A DNA stretch of 63,949 bases, the filler included, from Thermoplasmatota archaeon (GTDB lineage: Archaea; Thermoplasmatota; E2; JACPAO01; JAHFTW01): assembly GCA_041623215.1 (NCBI GenBank). It is 3 parts of 3 records of this genome, joined end to end, with 100 filler letters (N's around TTAATTAATTAA, not from the genome) between each part and the next. Parts side by side here need not be neighbours in the genome. Positions count along the whole stretch, not along the records: positions 1 to 30,808 come from JBFJXH010000006.1; 2 more parts are not named here. The stretch is one strand, 5' to 3'. The position numbers and the translations under genes were made by a program. Of this stretch, positions 19,594-30,908 are shown piece by piece. The notes beneath the pieces were generated by a model. The model made no database searches, was not told the DNA's origin, and saw only the letters and a list, made by a program, of their open reading frames with translations. Numbering within the stretch: the stretch's first letter is position 1; the number at the start of each line of letters is the position of its first letter.

Positions 19594-20016
19594 GCGGCGC
19601 TGACACAGTAGGTCGCGTTTAAGGCTGAGGGGCGCGGGCTGAACCTGTTCGGCCCCACCATACCTAGTTCATCAAAAGAAGTGGAGCCGGCGCGACTCAC
19701 GGCCGCGCCGGCTTGCCACCACCACAACCTTACCCTAGACCCTTACGGGCCTTTCAGCCGCCCATCCAGGCGTTGGCGTAAAAAGGCTGGGGAGGGGGCA
19801 ATGGGGTGCCCCGGAGCCCATCTGCCGCACCGCAAGCGTCATACACCAGGCCGCTGCGGCCCGCATCAGCGTGAAGGGCCCCATTCCCCCGGGAGCACGG
19901 CCAGCTGCGCCCCCGTGGACCCTCCATGCCCATTGAATCAGACGTTTTTGCCAGCCCCTCGACTGCCCACGCTCACCGTGAGGCCCCCGTGACCCATCTT
20001 GACGAGGTGATCAATC

Positions 20017-21828
20017 GTGGCTAACTACGGTAGCTATGACGGCGCCAGCCGCGGCGGCCGCGGCGGACGGGGAGGCAGGGGAGGCCGGGGCGGACGAGGA
20101 GGCCGCGGCACAGACCGAGGAGGACGAGGCGGTCGCGGCATGGACCGCGGCGGCAGGGGAGGTCGCGGCGGCCGCGGCATGGACCGAGGAGGACGGGGCG
20201 GCAGGGGAGGACGCGGGAACTACCGCAGCCGCGAGCCCCAGCATGAGCCCGAACCCCCGACCATGGACCCCGAGGAGCCACCGATGCGCTTCGCCGACGA
20301 ACCGTTCTCGGACCCGGTCAAGGCAGCCGTTGAAGCTATGGGCTTCACCGAAGCGACCCCAATCCAGACGGGTGCCATTCCGCCTTTGATGAACGGCCGC
20401 GATGTCATCGGCCAAGCCCAGACGGGCACCGGCAAGACCGCCGCCTTTGGCATCCCCCTCATTGAGGCTGCAAGCACCGGCCGGCGCGGCTTGGTATTGG
20501 CACCGACGCGCGAATTAGCCAAGCAGGTGCAGCAAGAACTCCAGGCCATTGGAAAGGGTAGCCCCGTTGAGGCCATTTGCATCGTGGGTGGCGCGCCATT
20601 TCGCGATCAATTGCGCGCGCTCGAGCGCCACCCGAACGCGATCATCGTGGCAACCCCAGGCCGGATTGTTGACCACTTGGGTCGCGGCACCATCGACCTC
20701 TCGGACGTCAGCCTCTTTGTTCTAGACGAAGCGGACGAAATGCTCAGCATGGGCTTCCAGGATGAATTGGACGCCATCATTGAGACCCTCCCCCAAGAGC
20801 GCCAAAACGTCCTGTTCTCGGCCACGATGGCCCCCGCCGTGGAGCGCCTCGCGCGCAAGACCTTGAACGACCCCGTGACGGTGCGCGCGGCCCACGGCCC
20901 CGCCCCGACCATTCGACAGTGCCACGTCCAGGTTGCCGGCCGCGACCGCGTGGACGCCATTAGTCGCATCCTGGAAGCCGAGGACCCTACGTCCGTCCTC
21001 GTGTTTGCACGAACGCGGGCTCGCGTGGATGACCTTGTGGACCAATTGCGACCCATGGGCGCGGACGCTTTGCATGGCGGCATGTCCCAACCGGTGCGCG
21101 AAGGCGTGATGCGCCGATTCCGTGACCAAACCACCCGCATCCTCGTGGCGACCGACGTTGCCGCACGAGGCCTCGATGTCGAAACCATTGACCTCGTCCT
21201 GCACGACGAACTGCCCACCGATGTGGACACCTACATTCACCGAATTGGCCGCACTGGCCGGGCTGGTCGCGAGGGTACGAGCATTATCCTCGTAACACCC
21301 GGCAAGCTCCGCCGCATGGCGCCGTTTGAGCGCGTCGCCGGCAACATTGCGCGCTACACGGTCCCCGATGACGAAGCCATTGCGGCCGCCCGTGCGACTC
21401 GGCTGGTGGACGAGGTACGGGCCATCCAGCCTTCTGACGCGGCACGCGAAGCGATGGCGACCCTCCTGTCAAGCGGCTTAACGGCCCAAGAGGTGGGCGA
21501 GCGTGTCCTCGAATCCATGCTGGGCCGCCAGCCCGAAACGGCTGCCCCAGAACCAAACAGCGGAGAAACCACCGGGCTAGCGCTCAAGGTTGGCCACATG
21601 GACCAAATTCATCCCGGCTCGCTCGTGGGACTTCTCACCAATGCGGGAGGGCTGCCAGCAAGCGCCGTTGGCCGCATCGACATCTTGGAGAAGATGTCAG
21701 TCGTCGAAGTGCCCCGCGCCGACATCGAGCGCGTGTGCGAAGCATTGGCACGGGCACGGCTGAGCGGCCGCCCCCTGCTACCCCGGGAAGCGGACGACTG
21801 GAGCTTCCGGACAACGCCGCGACATTAG
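20017..21828 (+). CDS. deaD: DEAD-box RNA helicase (DeaD/CsdA-like) with N-terminal RGG tract and C-terminal DbpA-type RNA-binding domain
   Basis: Q motif, GTGKT, PTRELA, DEAD, SAT, HRIGRTGR; SD GAGGTGA before GTG. Confidence 0.93.
   Translation: MANYGSYDGASRGGRGGRGGRGGRGGRGGRGTDRGGRGGRGMDRGGRGGRGGRGMDRGGRGGRGGRGNYRSREPQHEPEPPTMDPEEPPMRFADEPFSDPVKAAVEAMGFTEATPIQTGAIPPLMNGRDVIGQAQTGTGKTAAFGIPLIEAASTGRRGLVLAPTRELAKQVQQELQAIGKGSPVEAICIVGGAPFRDQLRALERHPNAIIVATPGRIVDHLGRGTIDLSDVSLFVLDEADEMLSMGFQDELDAIIETLPQERQNVLFSATMAPAVERLARKTLNDPVTVRAAHGPAPTIRQCHVQVAGRDRVDAISRILEAEDPTSVLVFARTRARVDDLVDQLRPMGADALHGGMSQPVREGVMRRFRDQTTRILVATDVAARGLDVETIDLVLHDELPTDVDTYIHRIGRTGRAGREGTSIILVTPGKLRRMAPFERVAGNIARYTVPDDEAIAAARATRLVDEVRAIQPSDAAREAMATLLSSGLTAQEVGERVLESMLGRQPETAAPEPNSGETTGLALKVGHMDQIHPGSLVGLLTNAGGLPASAVGRIDILEKMSVVEVPRADIERVCEALARARLSGRPLLPREADDWSFRTTPRH
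20050..20220 (+). repeat. Coding (RGG)n tandem repeat
   Basis: RGGRGG...RG(T/M)D blocks encoded by varied synonymous codons. Confidence 0.9.
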
Positions 21829-21955
21829 GCACAGCCAGAGGCCGGCGCACCCCCTAATCGAACACCGTGCGGCAGCAAGGCCGCGCCAGCCCGCCCCTCT
21901 AGCCGGGCCATTGCCAAAGAATGGAGAAGAAAGAAAGAGGAGCCTGGGCGCCCGG

Positions 21956-23230
<1,275 letters not shown>

Positions 23231-23382
23231 GGAGTTGCGGACCTGGGACCATTTATCAGGGTTGGGGGTGGGGCATCGATTGCCGTCGTCGAGTTCCTTG
23301 CACTTCTTGGTCGGGCGCAGCCGTTGCCGGCCGGCCACCCTCCGCCGGGACCTCTTTACCGCCTTGGCCCTCTCACCGCGTC

Positions 23383-23799
23383 ATGGTTCGGTGCTTCTTC
23401 TACGGCTCCTACATGGACCCGGATGTCCTACGCGCCTACGGAGCCCGGTCCGCCGGCACCCCCGTGCCCGCTGTTCTTCCCGATTGGGACCTCGGGTTCA
23501 CGCCCCATGCCAACATTCACCGCGTCCAGGGACGCAGCGTGCACGGCTTCCTGATGGAGCTGCCAAGCTGGGAAGTGGCGCGCCTGTATGGGCCGGACGG
23601 CTTTGTGACGGATTATGCCCCGGTAGCCGTGACCGTGCAGTCGCGCGGCGGACCGGTGCCGGCGACGACGTACGTTGCGCCGTGGACCCCTGGCATGCCT
23701 GATGCAGCCTACTTGGCGTCCTATCTCGCGATTTGCAGGCGCATGCGCTTACCGCCCCCGGCAATCGCGGCCATCGAAGCGAGCCGCAGCGTCAACTAG
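23383..23799 (+). CDS. Gamma-glutamylcyclotransferase-like protein
   Basis: N-terminal FFYGSYM, VHG, P..AYL pattern. Confidence 0.8.
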   Translation: MVRCFFYGSYMDPDVLRAYGARSAGTPVPAVLPDWDLGFTPHANIHRVQGRSVHGFLMELPSWEVARLYGPDGFVTDYAPVAVTVQSRGGPVPATTYVAPWTPGMPDAAYLASYLAICRRMRLPPPAIAAIEASRSVN

Positions 23800-23863
23800 G
23801 GCCCCATGAGCCGCCGGCAATCGAGCAAGTTGCCTTCAAGACCCACCGGGACCATGGGCGATC

Positions 23864-24349
23864 GTGCCAGACCCGCCAACCGCCGTCCCGATGCGCCAAT
23901 CCGCCAGCACGCTGAGCCGGCTCATGCAACCAGACGAAGCAAACGTGTACGGCAATGTACATGGCGGCGCGATTCTGAAATACATCGACGAAGCAGCGGC
24001 AGTTTCCGCTTGGCGTCATTGCCGCAAACCCAAGGTTGTGACGGCTAGCTTTGAACGGATGAGTTTCCGGCAGCCGGTGTACGTGGGCGACATCTTGCAT
24101 GTTCATGCCACGGTGCGCCACACGGGGAGAACGAGCATGATTGTGGGCGTTCGCGTGGAAGCGGAGGACCCGCCGACCGGTGAAACGCGCCACGTCGGAT
24201 CGGCTCACGTCACCTTCGTGGCTTTGGACAAGAACAACCAGCCTACTGCGGTGCCTGGCGTCATGGCCGAGGACGAGGCGGAGCAGGAAAAGATGGATCG
24301 CGCCAAGCGAGTACACGAGGCTTTGCGGGCGGCCCTGGGGCGCGACTAG
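23864..24349 (+). CDS. Acyl-CoA thioesterase (hotdog fold, YciA-like)
   Basis: ANVYGNVHGG, VVTAS, F..PVYVGD, GRTSM, TFVALD. Confidence 0.92.
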   Translation: MPDPPTAVPMRQSASTLSRLMQPDEANVYGNVHGGAILKYIDEAAAVSAWRHCRKPKVVTASFERMSFRQPVYVGDILHVHATVRHTGRTSMIVGVRVEAEDPPTGETRHVGSAHVTFVALDKNNQPTAVPGVMAEDEAEQEKMDRAKRVHEALRAALGRD

Positions 24350-24414
24350 GCCCCAGCCCGAACCTTGAACAATCGTGCCAGGCTCCTCATAACCGTCCAA
24401 ACGTCGTGGGAATC

Positions 24415-26484
24415 ATGGCAGTACCCAGGCCCCTTGGCGCCTTTCTCGTAGGCTCGTTATTGATGGTCACCGGCTTCCTTGTGACTGGTTGGAGCAGTGC
24501 CGCCGCCGACCGCGAAAGCGCATCGTTTGATCTTCCAGCCATACAGGTGGGCGACCAAGGCCAATACAATGGCAGCGATGGGTCCACCGTGGCCTTCCTC
24601 ATCAGCCACCAAGGCACCTGGTATGACAGCGAAGGTGCCGCCTTCCACGGCGTTCACCTGTTGGTCTCGCACGCCAGTAAGCAGGAGGTTTCCACGAGCG
24701 GTTTCTGGTTGGATAGCCAGAGCCTAGAACCCGTGGCCGCCTGGAGCGCCGGGGGCGGCAGCGGGTCGGGGATTGGGGTCGGAGTCGGCCCCGTTGACTA
24801 CGGGCGGTACGGAGGCCACACCGCCATCCACATGATGTGGGGCCATCCCGGCCCTTGGTGCGGTTTGCTGCATGACCGCATCGGCCAGTCATCGGATGCA
24901 AGCTCATCGCTTCGCCCCATCGGTGACTGTGAAAGCGGGTCGCTGCCCGGCAAGGGGACCATCGAGGAGGCACCCGGAGAAGCCCACATCTACGGCGAGC
25001 CCGAGCAGTTGCAAGTCGTAGTTGCCCCGGCAGTTCCGGTACCATTGCAACTGACGACCGGGGGAATTACCTGGAACCTCACGACGTTTGGGCGGGGCGC
25101 GGAACCCCTTGAGCCGCCTGCAGACGACCGCCGATTCGCACCTCAGCTAGAACGCTCCGCCGTCCACCATGGCCCCGATGCCAGTGGCATCGAGCATGAT
25201 TTCCAACTGGCGGATGCGGTCGATGACGCTCTGGCATCTCCGGTGGGCAACGATTTGCAGGCGTTCTTTGCCCGACATGCGGACGCCTACATTGCAGCAG
25301 CGGATTACGTCCAAGAACGCGAGCCGGGCACGCGCATGGATGCATGGGCCATCGTGGCAACCGATGGCCAGGCCGCAATTTCGCTTCGCATCGAAAGGGA
25401 CGCTGCGGAGGTGGCGCGCGCGACGGGGCCCCTGCCCGCCGACACAGGACTTGATGCACCCGCTGCGCCAATCCAGCGCGTGACAGAAGCAGTGCCCGTG
25501 GCCGGGCCTTTTCCCTCGCCCCGCGCCTTGCCATCTGACCTACCCTCGGTGGCCAGCCTGGCCGAGCGGTGGGCCGACCATGCCGCAAGTGGCAGGGAGA
25601 AGGAGCGCGCCACAGCGTACGGCTTCGCCTACCGCTGCGGGCTTACGTGCCATGAGCTCGAGGCAAGCATTTGGGTGGGTCAAAACGCTACGGAGGCACC
25701 CGTACCGCGGGAAACTCCCCGGGTTTGCATTCTCGTCTGCGCTGCGGATCAGCCCGTTTGGCAGGCGAGTCAACTGTTCGTGGACGCACAAGGGCAGAGC
25801 CAAAGCATGGTCGCAACGGAGTGGGTGACACGCGTGTATGCAGGCTACGACTACGCCAATCCGCAACTCGACATGTCGGGTCGCAGTGTCCATACGCCGC
25901 CTGCTGCCGAAGGGGCATCGCCATCGGCCGCGTCCTGGGCCTGGCCAAGCACCAGCGCCGCGGCGGGCATCACGTTCCTTGGTCTAGTGGCTGCGGCCCT
26001 CTACTATCTCGGAACCGCGCTGAAAGCAGGCCCTCTTGCGCTCTTCTCCCGGGTCCGGCGCGACCGCGCCCTCGAGCATCCGGTGCGAGCCGCCATCAGC
26101 GACGCAGTCCACGCTGAACCTGGCATACACTTGCAGGAGCTGGGGCGACGGGTCGGCAAGCAGGCCGGCGTCCTGCGGCACCATGTGGATGTCCTCGTTG
26201 CCAAGGACCTCATCAAGGCGCGGCGCGACCGAGGCTACATTTGCTTCTTCCCACCAACCGCCGGCGCCGCGACCATGCAGCAAGCCGCCGTGCTGCGCAA
26301 TCCAACGGCCAAACAATTGTTGGACCAAGTCAACGCCCGACCCGGCCAAACCATGGGCGACGCCGCCGTGGCCTTGGGCGTGTCAGCTGGCACAGTGACC
26401 TACCATGCGACTAGGCTCGAGCAGCGAGGCTTGCTGCGCCGCCACAAGGTGGGGCGTGACGTGCAACTCTTTGCCGCCGCCTAA
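24415..26484 (+). CDS. Membrane-anchored regulator: large extracellular domain, TM, tandem winged-HTH
   Basis: Signal peptide; TM near residue 520; two ArsR-like HTHs (PGIHLQEL...LRHHVDVL and PGQTMGD...VTYHATRL). Confidence 0.8.
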   Translation: MAVPRPLGAFLVGSLLMVTGFLVTGWSSAAADRESASFDLPAIQVGDQGQYNGSDGSTVAFLISHQGTWYDSEGAAFHGVHLLVSHASKQEVSTSGFWLDSQSLEPVAAWSAGGGSGSGIGVGVGPVDYGRYGGHTAIHMMWGHPGPWCGLLHDRIGQSSDASSSLRPIGDCESGSLPGKGTIEEAPGEAHIYGEPEQLQVVVAPAVPVPLQLTTGGITWNLTTFGRGAEPLEPPADDRRFAPQLERSAVHHGPDASGIEHDFQLADAVDDALASPVGNDLQAFFARHADAYIAAADYVQEREPGTRMDAWAIVATDGQAAISLRIERDAAEVARATGPLPADTGLDAPAAPIQRVTEAVPVAGPFPSPRALPSDLPSVASLAERWADHAASGREKERATAYGFAYRCGLTCHELEASIWVGQNATEAPVPRETPRVCILVCAADQPVWQASQLFVDAQGQSQSMVATEWVTRVYAGYDYANPQLDMSGRSVHTPPAAEGASPSAASWAWPSTSAAAGITFLGLVAAALYYLGTALKAGPLALFSRVRRDRALEHPVRAAISDAVHAEPGIHLQELGRRVGKQAGVLRHHVDVLVAKDLIKARRDRGYICFFPPTAGAATMQQAAVLRNPTAKQLLDQVNARPGQTMGDAAVALGVSAGTVTYHATRLEQRGLLRRHKVGRDVQLFAAA

Positions 26485-26530
26485 TCCCACCACCGTCGCC
26501 GCTTTCAAGCGCACCCAACTCGGCTCGGCC

Positions 26531-27937
26531 ATGACGGAAGGCACCTTCGAAGCTATGGCCGGCCCGCAAACTCGAACGGAACGCGATTCCATGGGAGAAA
26601 TGGAAGTCCCCATTGATGCCAAGTGGGCCGCGCAGACGCAACGTGCCGTGCTAAATTTCCCCGTTTCCGGGACGCGGATGGCGCCCGAATTCGTCCAGAG
26701 TCTCGGGCTCGTCAAGTGGGCCTGCGCCGAGGCCAACAAGCAATTGGGCGAGTTGGACAGCGAGGTTGCCGACGCCATCGCGGCCGCAGCCTACGAAGTG
26801 TACCAAGGAGAACATGGCGACCAATTCCCCGTGGATGTGTTTCAGACCGGCTCCGGCACATCGAGCAACATGAACGCCAACGAAGTCATTGCCCACATCG
26901 CAAGCGGGATTCTTGGCTCGGACGTACATCCCAATGACCACGTGAACCGTGGTCAATCGTCGAACGACATCATCCCAACAACCATGCACGTGGCGGCAGC
27001 CATGCAACTGGAACACGACTTGCTGGAAGCCCTTGATGTTCTTCGCGCTGGCCTAGCCGCTAAGGCCGAGGAGTTTGACGGCGTCATCAAGATTGGACGC
27101 ACGCACCTCATGGATGCTGTACCGATTCGCCTTGGCCAAGAGTTCAGTGGCTTCGCGCGTCAAATCGAATTGAGCATGGACCGGATTCGGGCGACCATCC
27201 CCGGGCTGCTGGAATTGGCTCAAGGCGGCAGCGCCGTTGGCACGGGCCTGAACGCGCACCCCGAATTTGGATTGGCAGTGGCCAGCAAGTTGCACGAAGC
27301 CACAGGACTCGCCTTCGTGGAGGCGACCAACCACTTTGAGGCCCAAGGATCCCGCGATGCCTATGTGTTTGCGGCCGGCGCCTTGGACACCGTGGCGGCC
27401 AGCCTGATGAAAATTGCCAACGACATCCGTCTGCTTGGTAGCGGGCCCGATTGCGGCCTAGGCGAACTCCAGTTGCCGGCCATTCAACCCGGCAGCAGCA
27501 TCATGCCCGGCAAGGTAAACCCGGTGATGTGCGAAATGGTTGTCCAGGTCGGGGCCCACGCGACGGGCAACAACCTCGCCGTCAGGTTGGGCGGCCAATG
27601 GGGCCAATTGGACCTCAATGTGATGCTCCCCATGATGGCGCACAACCTGCTGGAATCAACGCGCCTACTGGCAAACGCTTGCCGCGTTTTCAACGAAAAA
27701 TGCCTTGATGGCCTGACGGCAAACAAAGACGTTGCCGAGGCGTACGTGGAGCGAAGCATCAGCATGGCGACGGCCCTCAACCCTCTCATTGGCTATGACA
27801 AAGCAGCTGAAATTGCCAAAACCTCGTTCAAGACCAAGCGCACGGTGCGGGACTTGGCCTACGAAATGTCGGGTCTTAGTAAGGACGAGGTCGACCAGGC
27901 ATTGGACCCCCGCAAGCAAACCGGGCCCGGCGCCTAG
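26531..27937 (+). CDS. fumC: Class II fumarate hydratase
   Basis: RTERDSMG, QTGSGTSSNMN, GRTHLMDA, PGSSIMPGKVNP. Confidence 0.97.
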   Translation: MTEGTFEAMAGPQTRTERDSMGEMEVPIDAKWAAQTQRAVLNFPVSGTRMAPEFVQSLGLVKWACAEANKQLGELDSEVADAIAAAAYEVYQGEHGDQFPVDVFQTGSGTSSNMNANEVIAHIASGILGSDVHPNDHVNRGQSSNDIIPTTMHVAAAMQLEHDLLEALDVLRAGLAAKAEEFDGVIKIGRTHLMDAVPIRLGQEFSGFARQIELSMDRIRATIPGLLELAQGGSAVGTGLNAHPEFGLAVASKLHEATGLAFVEATNHFEAQGSRDAYVFAAGALDTVAASLMKIANDIRLLGSGPDCGLGELQLPAIQPGSSIMPGKVNPVMCEMVVQVGAHATGNNLAVRLGGQWGQLDLNVMLPMMAHNLLESTRLLANACRVFNEKCLDGLTANKDVAEAYVERSISMATALNPLIGYDKAAEIAKTSFKTKRTVRDLAYEMSGLSKDEVDQALDPRKQTGPGA

Positions 27938-28527
27938 GTCGCTGACCGCGCCACCACCGACACCCGAAGATGCGCCTCACCCGCCCGTGCGGCTAGCTCG
28001 TCGCCTGCCACGATGGGGCCAACACCAGCTGGCGTTCCCGTAAGCAAGACATCGCGTTCACGCAGGGTCGTCCAGGATGCCGCATGGCGCAGCAGTGCGG
28101 CGACGGGCCACACCATGTCGGCGGTGTGACCATCCTGGCGCAGTTCCCCGTTGACCGACAGCCGCAGCGGCAAATCTTGAACATCGACCCCATCCAAGAG
28201 CCGCCACGGACCCAACGGCAGGAACGTGTCGTAGCCCTTGGCTTGCGCCCACGGCCAACCCTGGGCCTTGGCCTGCGCTTGTAAGTCCCGCGCCGTGACA
28301 TCAATGGCCACGGTGTAGGCGTCTGGCTCGCCATCCGGCCCAATCCGCAAGGCGAGTTCCACCTCATGGTCCACCCGGCCTATACGGGCAGGCAACTCAA
28401 TCGATGCCCCGTCCTGAATGATTGCGCTATCTGGCTTCCAGAACCAAAGGGGCTGCGGCGGCGGACCCAGGCCATCTAGCTCCCGGGCATGCGCATCGTA
28501 GTTCTTGCCAACGCAGAGAACCTTCAT
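27934..28527 (-). CDS. Fumarylacetoacetate hydrolase family protein
   Basis: CVGKNY..H, HEVEL, DVTARDLQ, KGYDTF, LTGTPAGVG. Confidence 0.93.
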   Translation of the reverse strand: MKVLCVGKNYDAHARELDGLGPPPQPLWFWKPDSAIIQDGASIELPARIGRVDHEVELALRIGPDGEPDAYTVAIDVTARDLQAQAKAQGWPWAQAKGYDTFLPLGPWRLLDGVDVQDLPLRLSVNGELRQDGHTADMVWPVAALLRHAASWTTLRERDVLLTGTPAGVGPIVAGDELAARAGEAHLRVSVVARSAT

Positions 28528-28594
28528 GGGAGCGCCAAGGCCAGCGACGCCTTAGACGCGTTGCACGCCTTCGGCCGAGGGGTGCCGGGCCGCG

Positions 28595-29437
28595 CTACGC
28601 GTCGCCTGCGACGAACGACCAATCGGAGGGGGCATCGCCGTGGTAAAACATGGTCGCAAACACCTCAAATTCAACGTCCACTTGTTGCGTTGGGAAGGTT
28701 TCTGGTGCCACCGTCAGCACGAATGGCGCGGCCGGGTCCAGTCCCGGTGCATCCGCTTCGAGCCGAACGAGCAGCGGATTGCCGCCCGTGCCGCCCAAGA
28801 TGGGTTCGTTGTCTTGCTCGATGGTGTACCGGAAACTCATGGCCGCGGGCTCGCCGGCCATCGATTCCGCACCGTCACCTACTGCCTCAAGAATGAGGGT
28901 GGACAGGTTGCCATCGTTGCCCAGTCTGAATTCACAAACGTTGCAGTAACCGAGACTGAAAAGCCAGCCGTGCGTCATTTCGGCCTGGCCAATGAATTTG
29001 GTAGTGTCATGGTACGGTTCAGCCGGGGGGATGATGGTTAGGACGAACTTGATTCGCGTGACATCCCCGTCGCGCACGTCCACGACGGTTTCCGCGCCCA
29101 GGTGCCCCGTCGCGTTGACGACCACGCGGTACGGGCCAGCCCACAGCTCACCAAACGCAAACACGCCATCGCGGTCGGTCTTGGTACTGAGGTCCAGACC
29201 CGGCAGCCGCACGGTCGCGCCCGAAATGGGTCGCAACGCTTCGTCGAGTACGAAGCCGGTCAGCTGACCTTCCTGGGCATGGCGTTCCTCCGTCGAAGCC
29301 GGGGTCCCGGCCGTTGATTCATCGTCGCTGGAAACGGCAGGGTTGTCGGAGAATACCACCGTGTCCGCGGGCGCATCGTCGGCGCATCCGGCCAGGGTTG
29401 TCACGACCAGCAGGGCGGCCACCAAGTGCAGGCGCAT
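28595..29437 (-). CDS. Lipoprotein with carboxypeptidase-regulatory-like domain
   Basis: LAGC lipobox; GFVLD...PISGATV...TDRDG.F...G.Y. Confidence 0.8.
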   Translation of the reverse strand: MRLHLVAALLVVTTLAGCADDAPADTVVFSDNPAVSSDDESTAGTPASTEERHAQEGQLTGFVLDEALRPISGATVRLPGLDLSTKTDRDGVFAFGELWAGPYRVVVNATGHLGAETVVDVRDGDVTRIKFVLTIIPPAEPYHDTTKFIGQAEMTHGWLFSLGYCNVCEFRLGNDGNLSTLILEAVGDGAESMAGEPAAMSFRYTIEQDNEPILGGTGGNPLLVRLEADAPGLDPAAPFVLTVAPETFPTQQVDVEFEVFATMFYHGDAPSDWSFVAGDA

Positions 29438-29500
29438 GGCTAGAACGAGGCAAGGGCAGCTATAAGCAACCTAGTGAGGACGTTGAAATGAACGCCGGCC

Positions 29501-29941
29501 TTAGGCGGCGGCGGTGGCATCTTCGAGCCCGAGAATCTCAAGCTCAAAATGCAGTGTCTGCCCCGCTAAGAAGTGGTTGAAGTCGAGGATGACGTGTTCA
29601 TCCGTGATTTCGACAACGGTTGCCCGCAGCACCGCCCCGTCGTCTTCAGCCGTCATCTCAATGTATTGACCGACCGCGATGTCTCCTTGGACTTGGTCAC
29701 GTCCGAGCCGACGGACTAGGTCTTCATCGCGGGGCCCGTACGCAGTTTCCGGAGGAATGCTCACGGTCACCGACTCCCCAACCTCCTTGCCCCGCACCGC
29801 GTCCTCGAAGCCCGGAATGACCTCACCCGCACCCACGGTGAAGATGAGCGGATCGTGGCCATCACTGGTGTCAAACACAGTGTCATCATCGAGGCGCCCG
29901 GTGTAATGAACGCGAACCGTGTCGCCGTCCGAGATGGCCAT
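29501..29941 (-). CDS. slyD: FKBP-type peptidyl-prolyl isomerase (SlyD-like)
   Basis: VHYTGRL, FDTS, VIPGFE, AYG, DFNHFLAG. Confidence 0.93.
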   Translation of the reverse strand: MAISDGDTVRVHYTGRLDDDTVFDTSDGHDPLIFTVGAGEVIPGFEDAVRGKEVGESVTVSIPPETAYGPRDEDLVRRLGRDQVQGDIAVGQYIEMTAEDDGAVLRATVVEITDEHVILDFNHFLAGQTLHFELEILGLEDATAAA

Positions 29942-30030
29942 GTCGGGTACACGCCGGCGCATGCTATTTGGCGGTGCCGGCCCGGGTGGCGCGGCACAAA
30001 GTCCAATATGGAACTGGTTGGTCCGATGGC

Positions 30031-30465
30031 ATGGTTGAAGTCCAGACGCGTGCGCGCGCCAAAGACAAGGAACTGGTTGTTGCCCGAGGCGTTATTCACG
30101 AGCAACCGGCGATTGAGCCAGAGGACCTGCCGGAAGAAATCCGCGCGTCCGTGGGCCGTCGCTTGACGCTGAAGCTTCCTTTCCGCTTCGATGAAGCAAG
30201 CCCGGAGGAAGAGACCTACCGCTTTGCCATCCATGCCGCGGTCGGGGGGATGGAGCGCGCCGACGAAGCGCGCTTCAAGGACCGCTGGGGCGTCACGGAC
30301 GCTGGCATGGGCTTTGTTTCCGTCGTCTTTGATAATCTTCCTGCTGGCACGCACGAGGTCAGCGTCGACTGTGTGGCGGAGTACGGCGTTGGCAAGTGGG
30401 GGTCACATGACGAAGCCGTCTACACGGCCAAAGAAACCGTGACTTTCACGCTGTCTGTTGCGTAG
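30031..30465 (+). CDS. Hypothetical protein
   Basis: Protein-like composition, divergent from slyD; start taken as ATG 30031. Confidence 0.6.
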   Translation: MVEVQTRARAKDKELVVARGVIHEQPAIEPEDLPEEIRASVGRRLTLKLPFRFDEASPEEETYRFAIHAAVGGMERADEARFKDRWGVTDAGMGFVSVVFDNLPAGTHEVSVDCVAEYGVGKWGSHDEAVYTAKETVTFTLSVA

Positions 30466-30808
30466 CCTCAGACACCTGAACCTGGCTTTTCTCGCCCCCA
30501 GGTCCATCCTCGCCGGAAACTAGGCCGCGCGCCCACCGCGCCGCAACGAGGCCGCCCGTTGCAAACATGACGAGGGAGTAGAATCCAGGCGCCAGGGCAG
30601 CGGCTCCGGAGTTCAATTGCGTCGTCGCAAGCACAATGCCGAATGTGCCGTTCTGGAAGCCAACCTCGATGACGATGCTGCGCCGGCGTGGTCCGTCGGT
30701 GGCCTTGCCAAGCAGCCACCCGGCGCCCATGGCAGCAAGATTGAGCGCCAACGCTGCCGGCACGGTCAAGGCAGCCTTGTCCCAGAAACCATCGCGGTTC
30801 TGGAAAAT
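30446..30808 (-). CDS. Bile acid:sodium symporter family protein (3' fragment, cut by the gap)
   Basis: RRSIVIEVGFQNG motif and flanking TMs. Confidence 0.85.
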   Translation of the reverse strand: MFQNRDGFWDKAALTVPAALALNLAAMGAGWLLGKATDGPRRRSIVIEVGFQNGTFGIVLATTQLNSGAAALAPGFYSLVMFATGGLVAARWARGLVSGEDGPGGEKSQVQVSEATQQTA

Positions 30809-30908
30809 NNNNNNNNNNNNNNNNNNNNNNNNNNNNNNNNNNNNNNNNNNNNTTAATTAATTAANNNNNNNNNNNNNNNNNNNNNNNNNNNNNNNNNNNN
30901 NNNNNNNN
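30809..30908. other. Artificial contig linker
   Basis: Ns flanking TTAATTAATTAA (stops in all six frames). Confidence 0.98.

Noticed and set aside
19681..19992. 103-aa ORF upstream of the helicase
   Set aside because: Pro/Arg/Gly-rich composition typical of non-coding high-GC DNA; no motif
19600..20010. SRP RNA or RNase P RNA
   Set aside because: I could not find the SRP helix-8 motif or the RNase P conserved regions in the right arrangement on either strand
30809..30908. TTAATTAATTAA palindrome within Ns (also at 60570-60669)
   Set aside because: Identical artificial six-frame-stop linker; not biological
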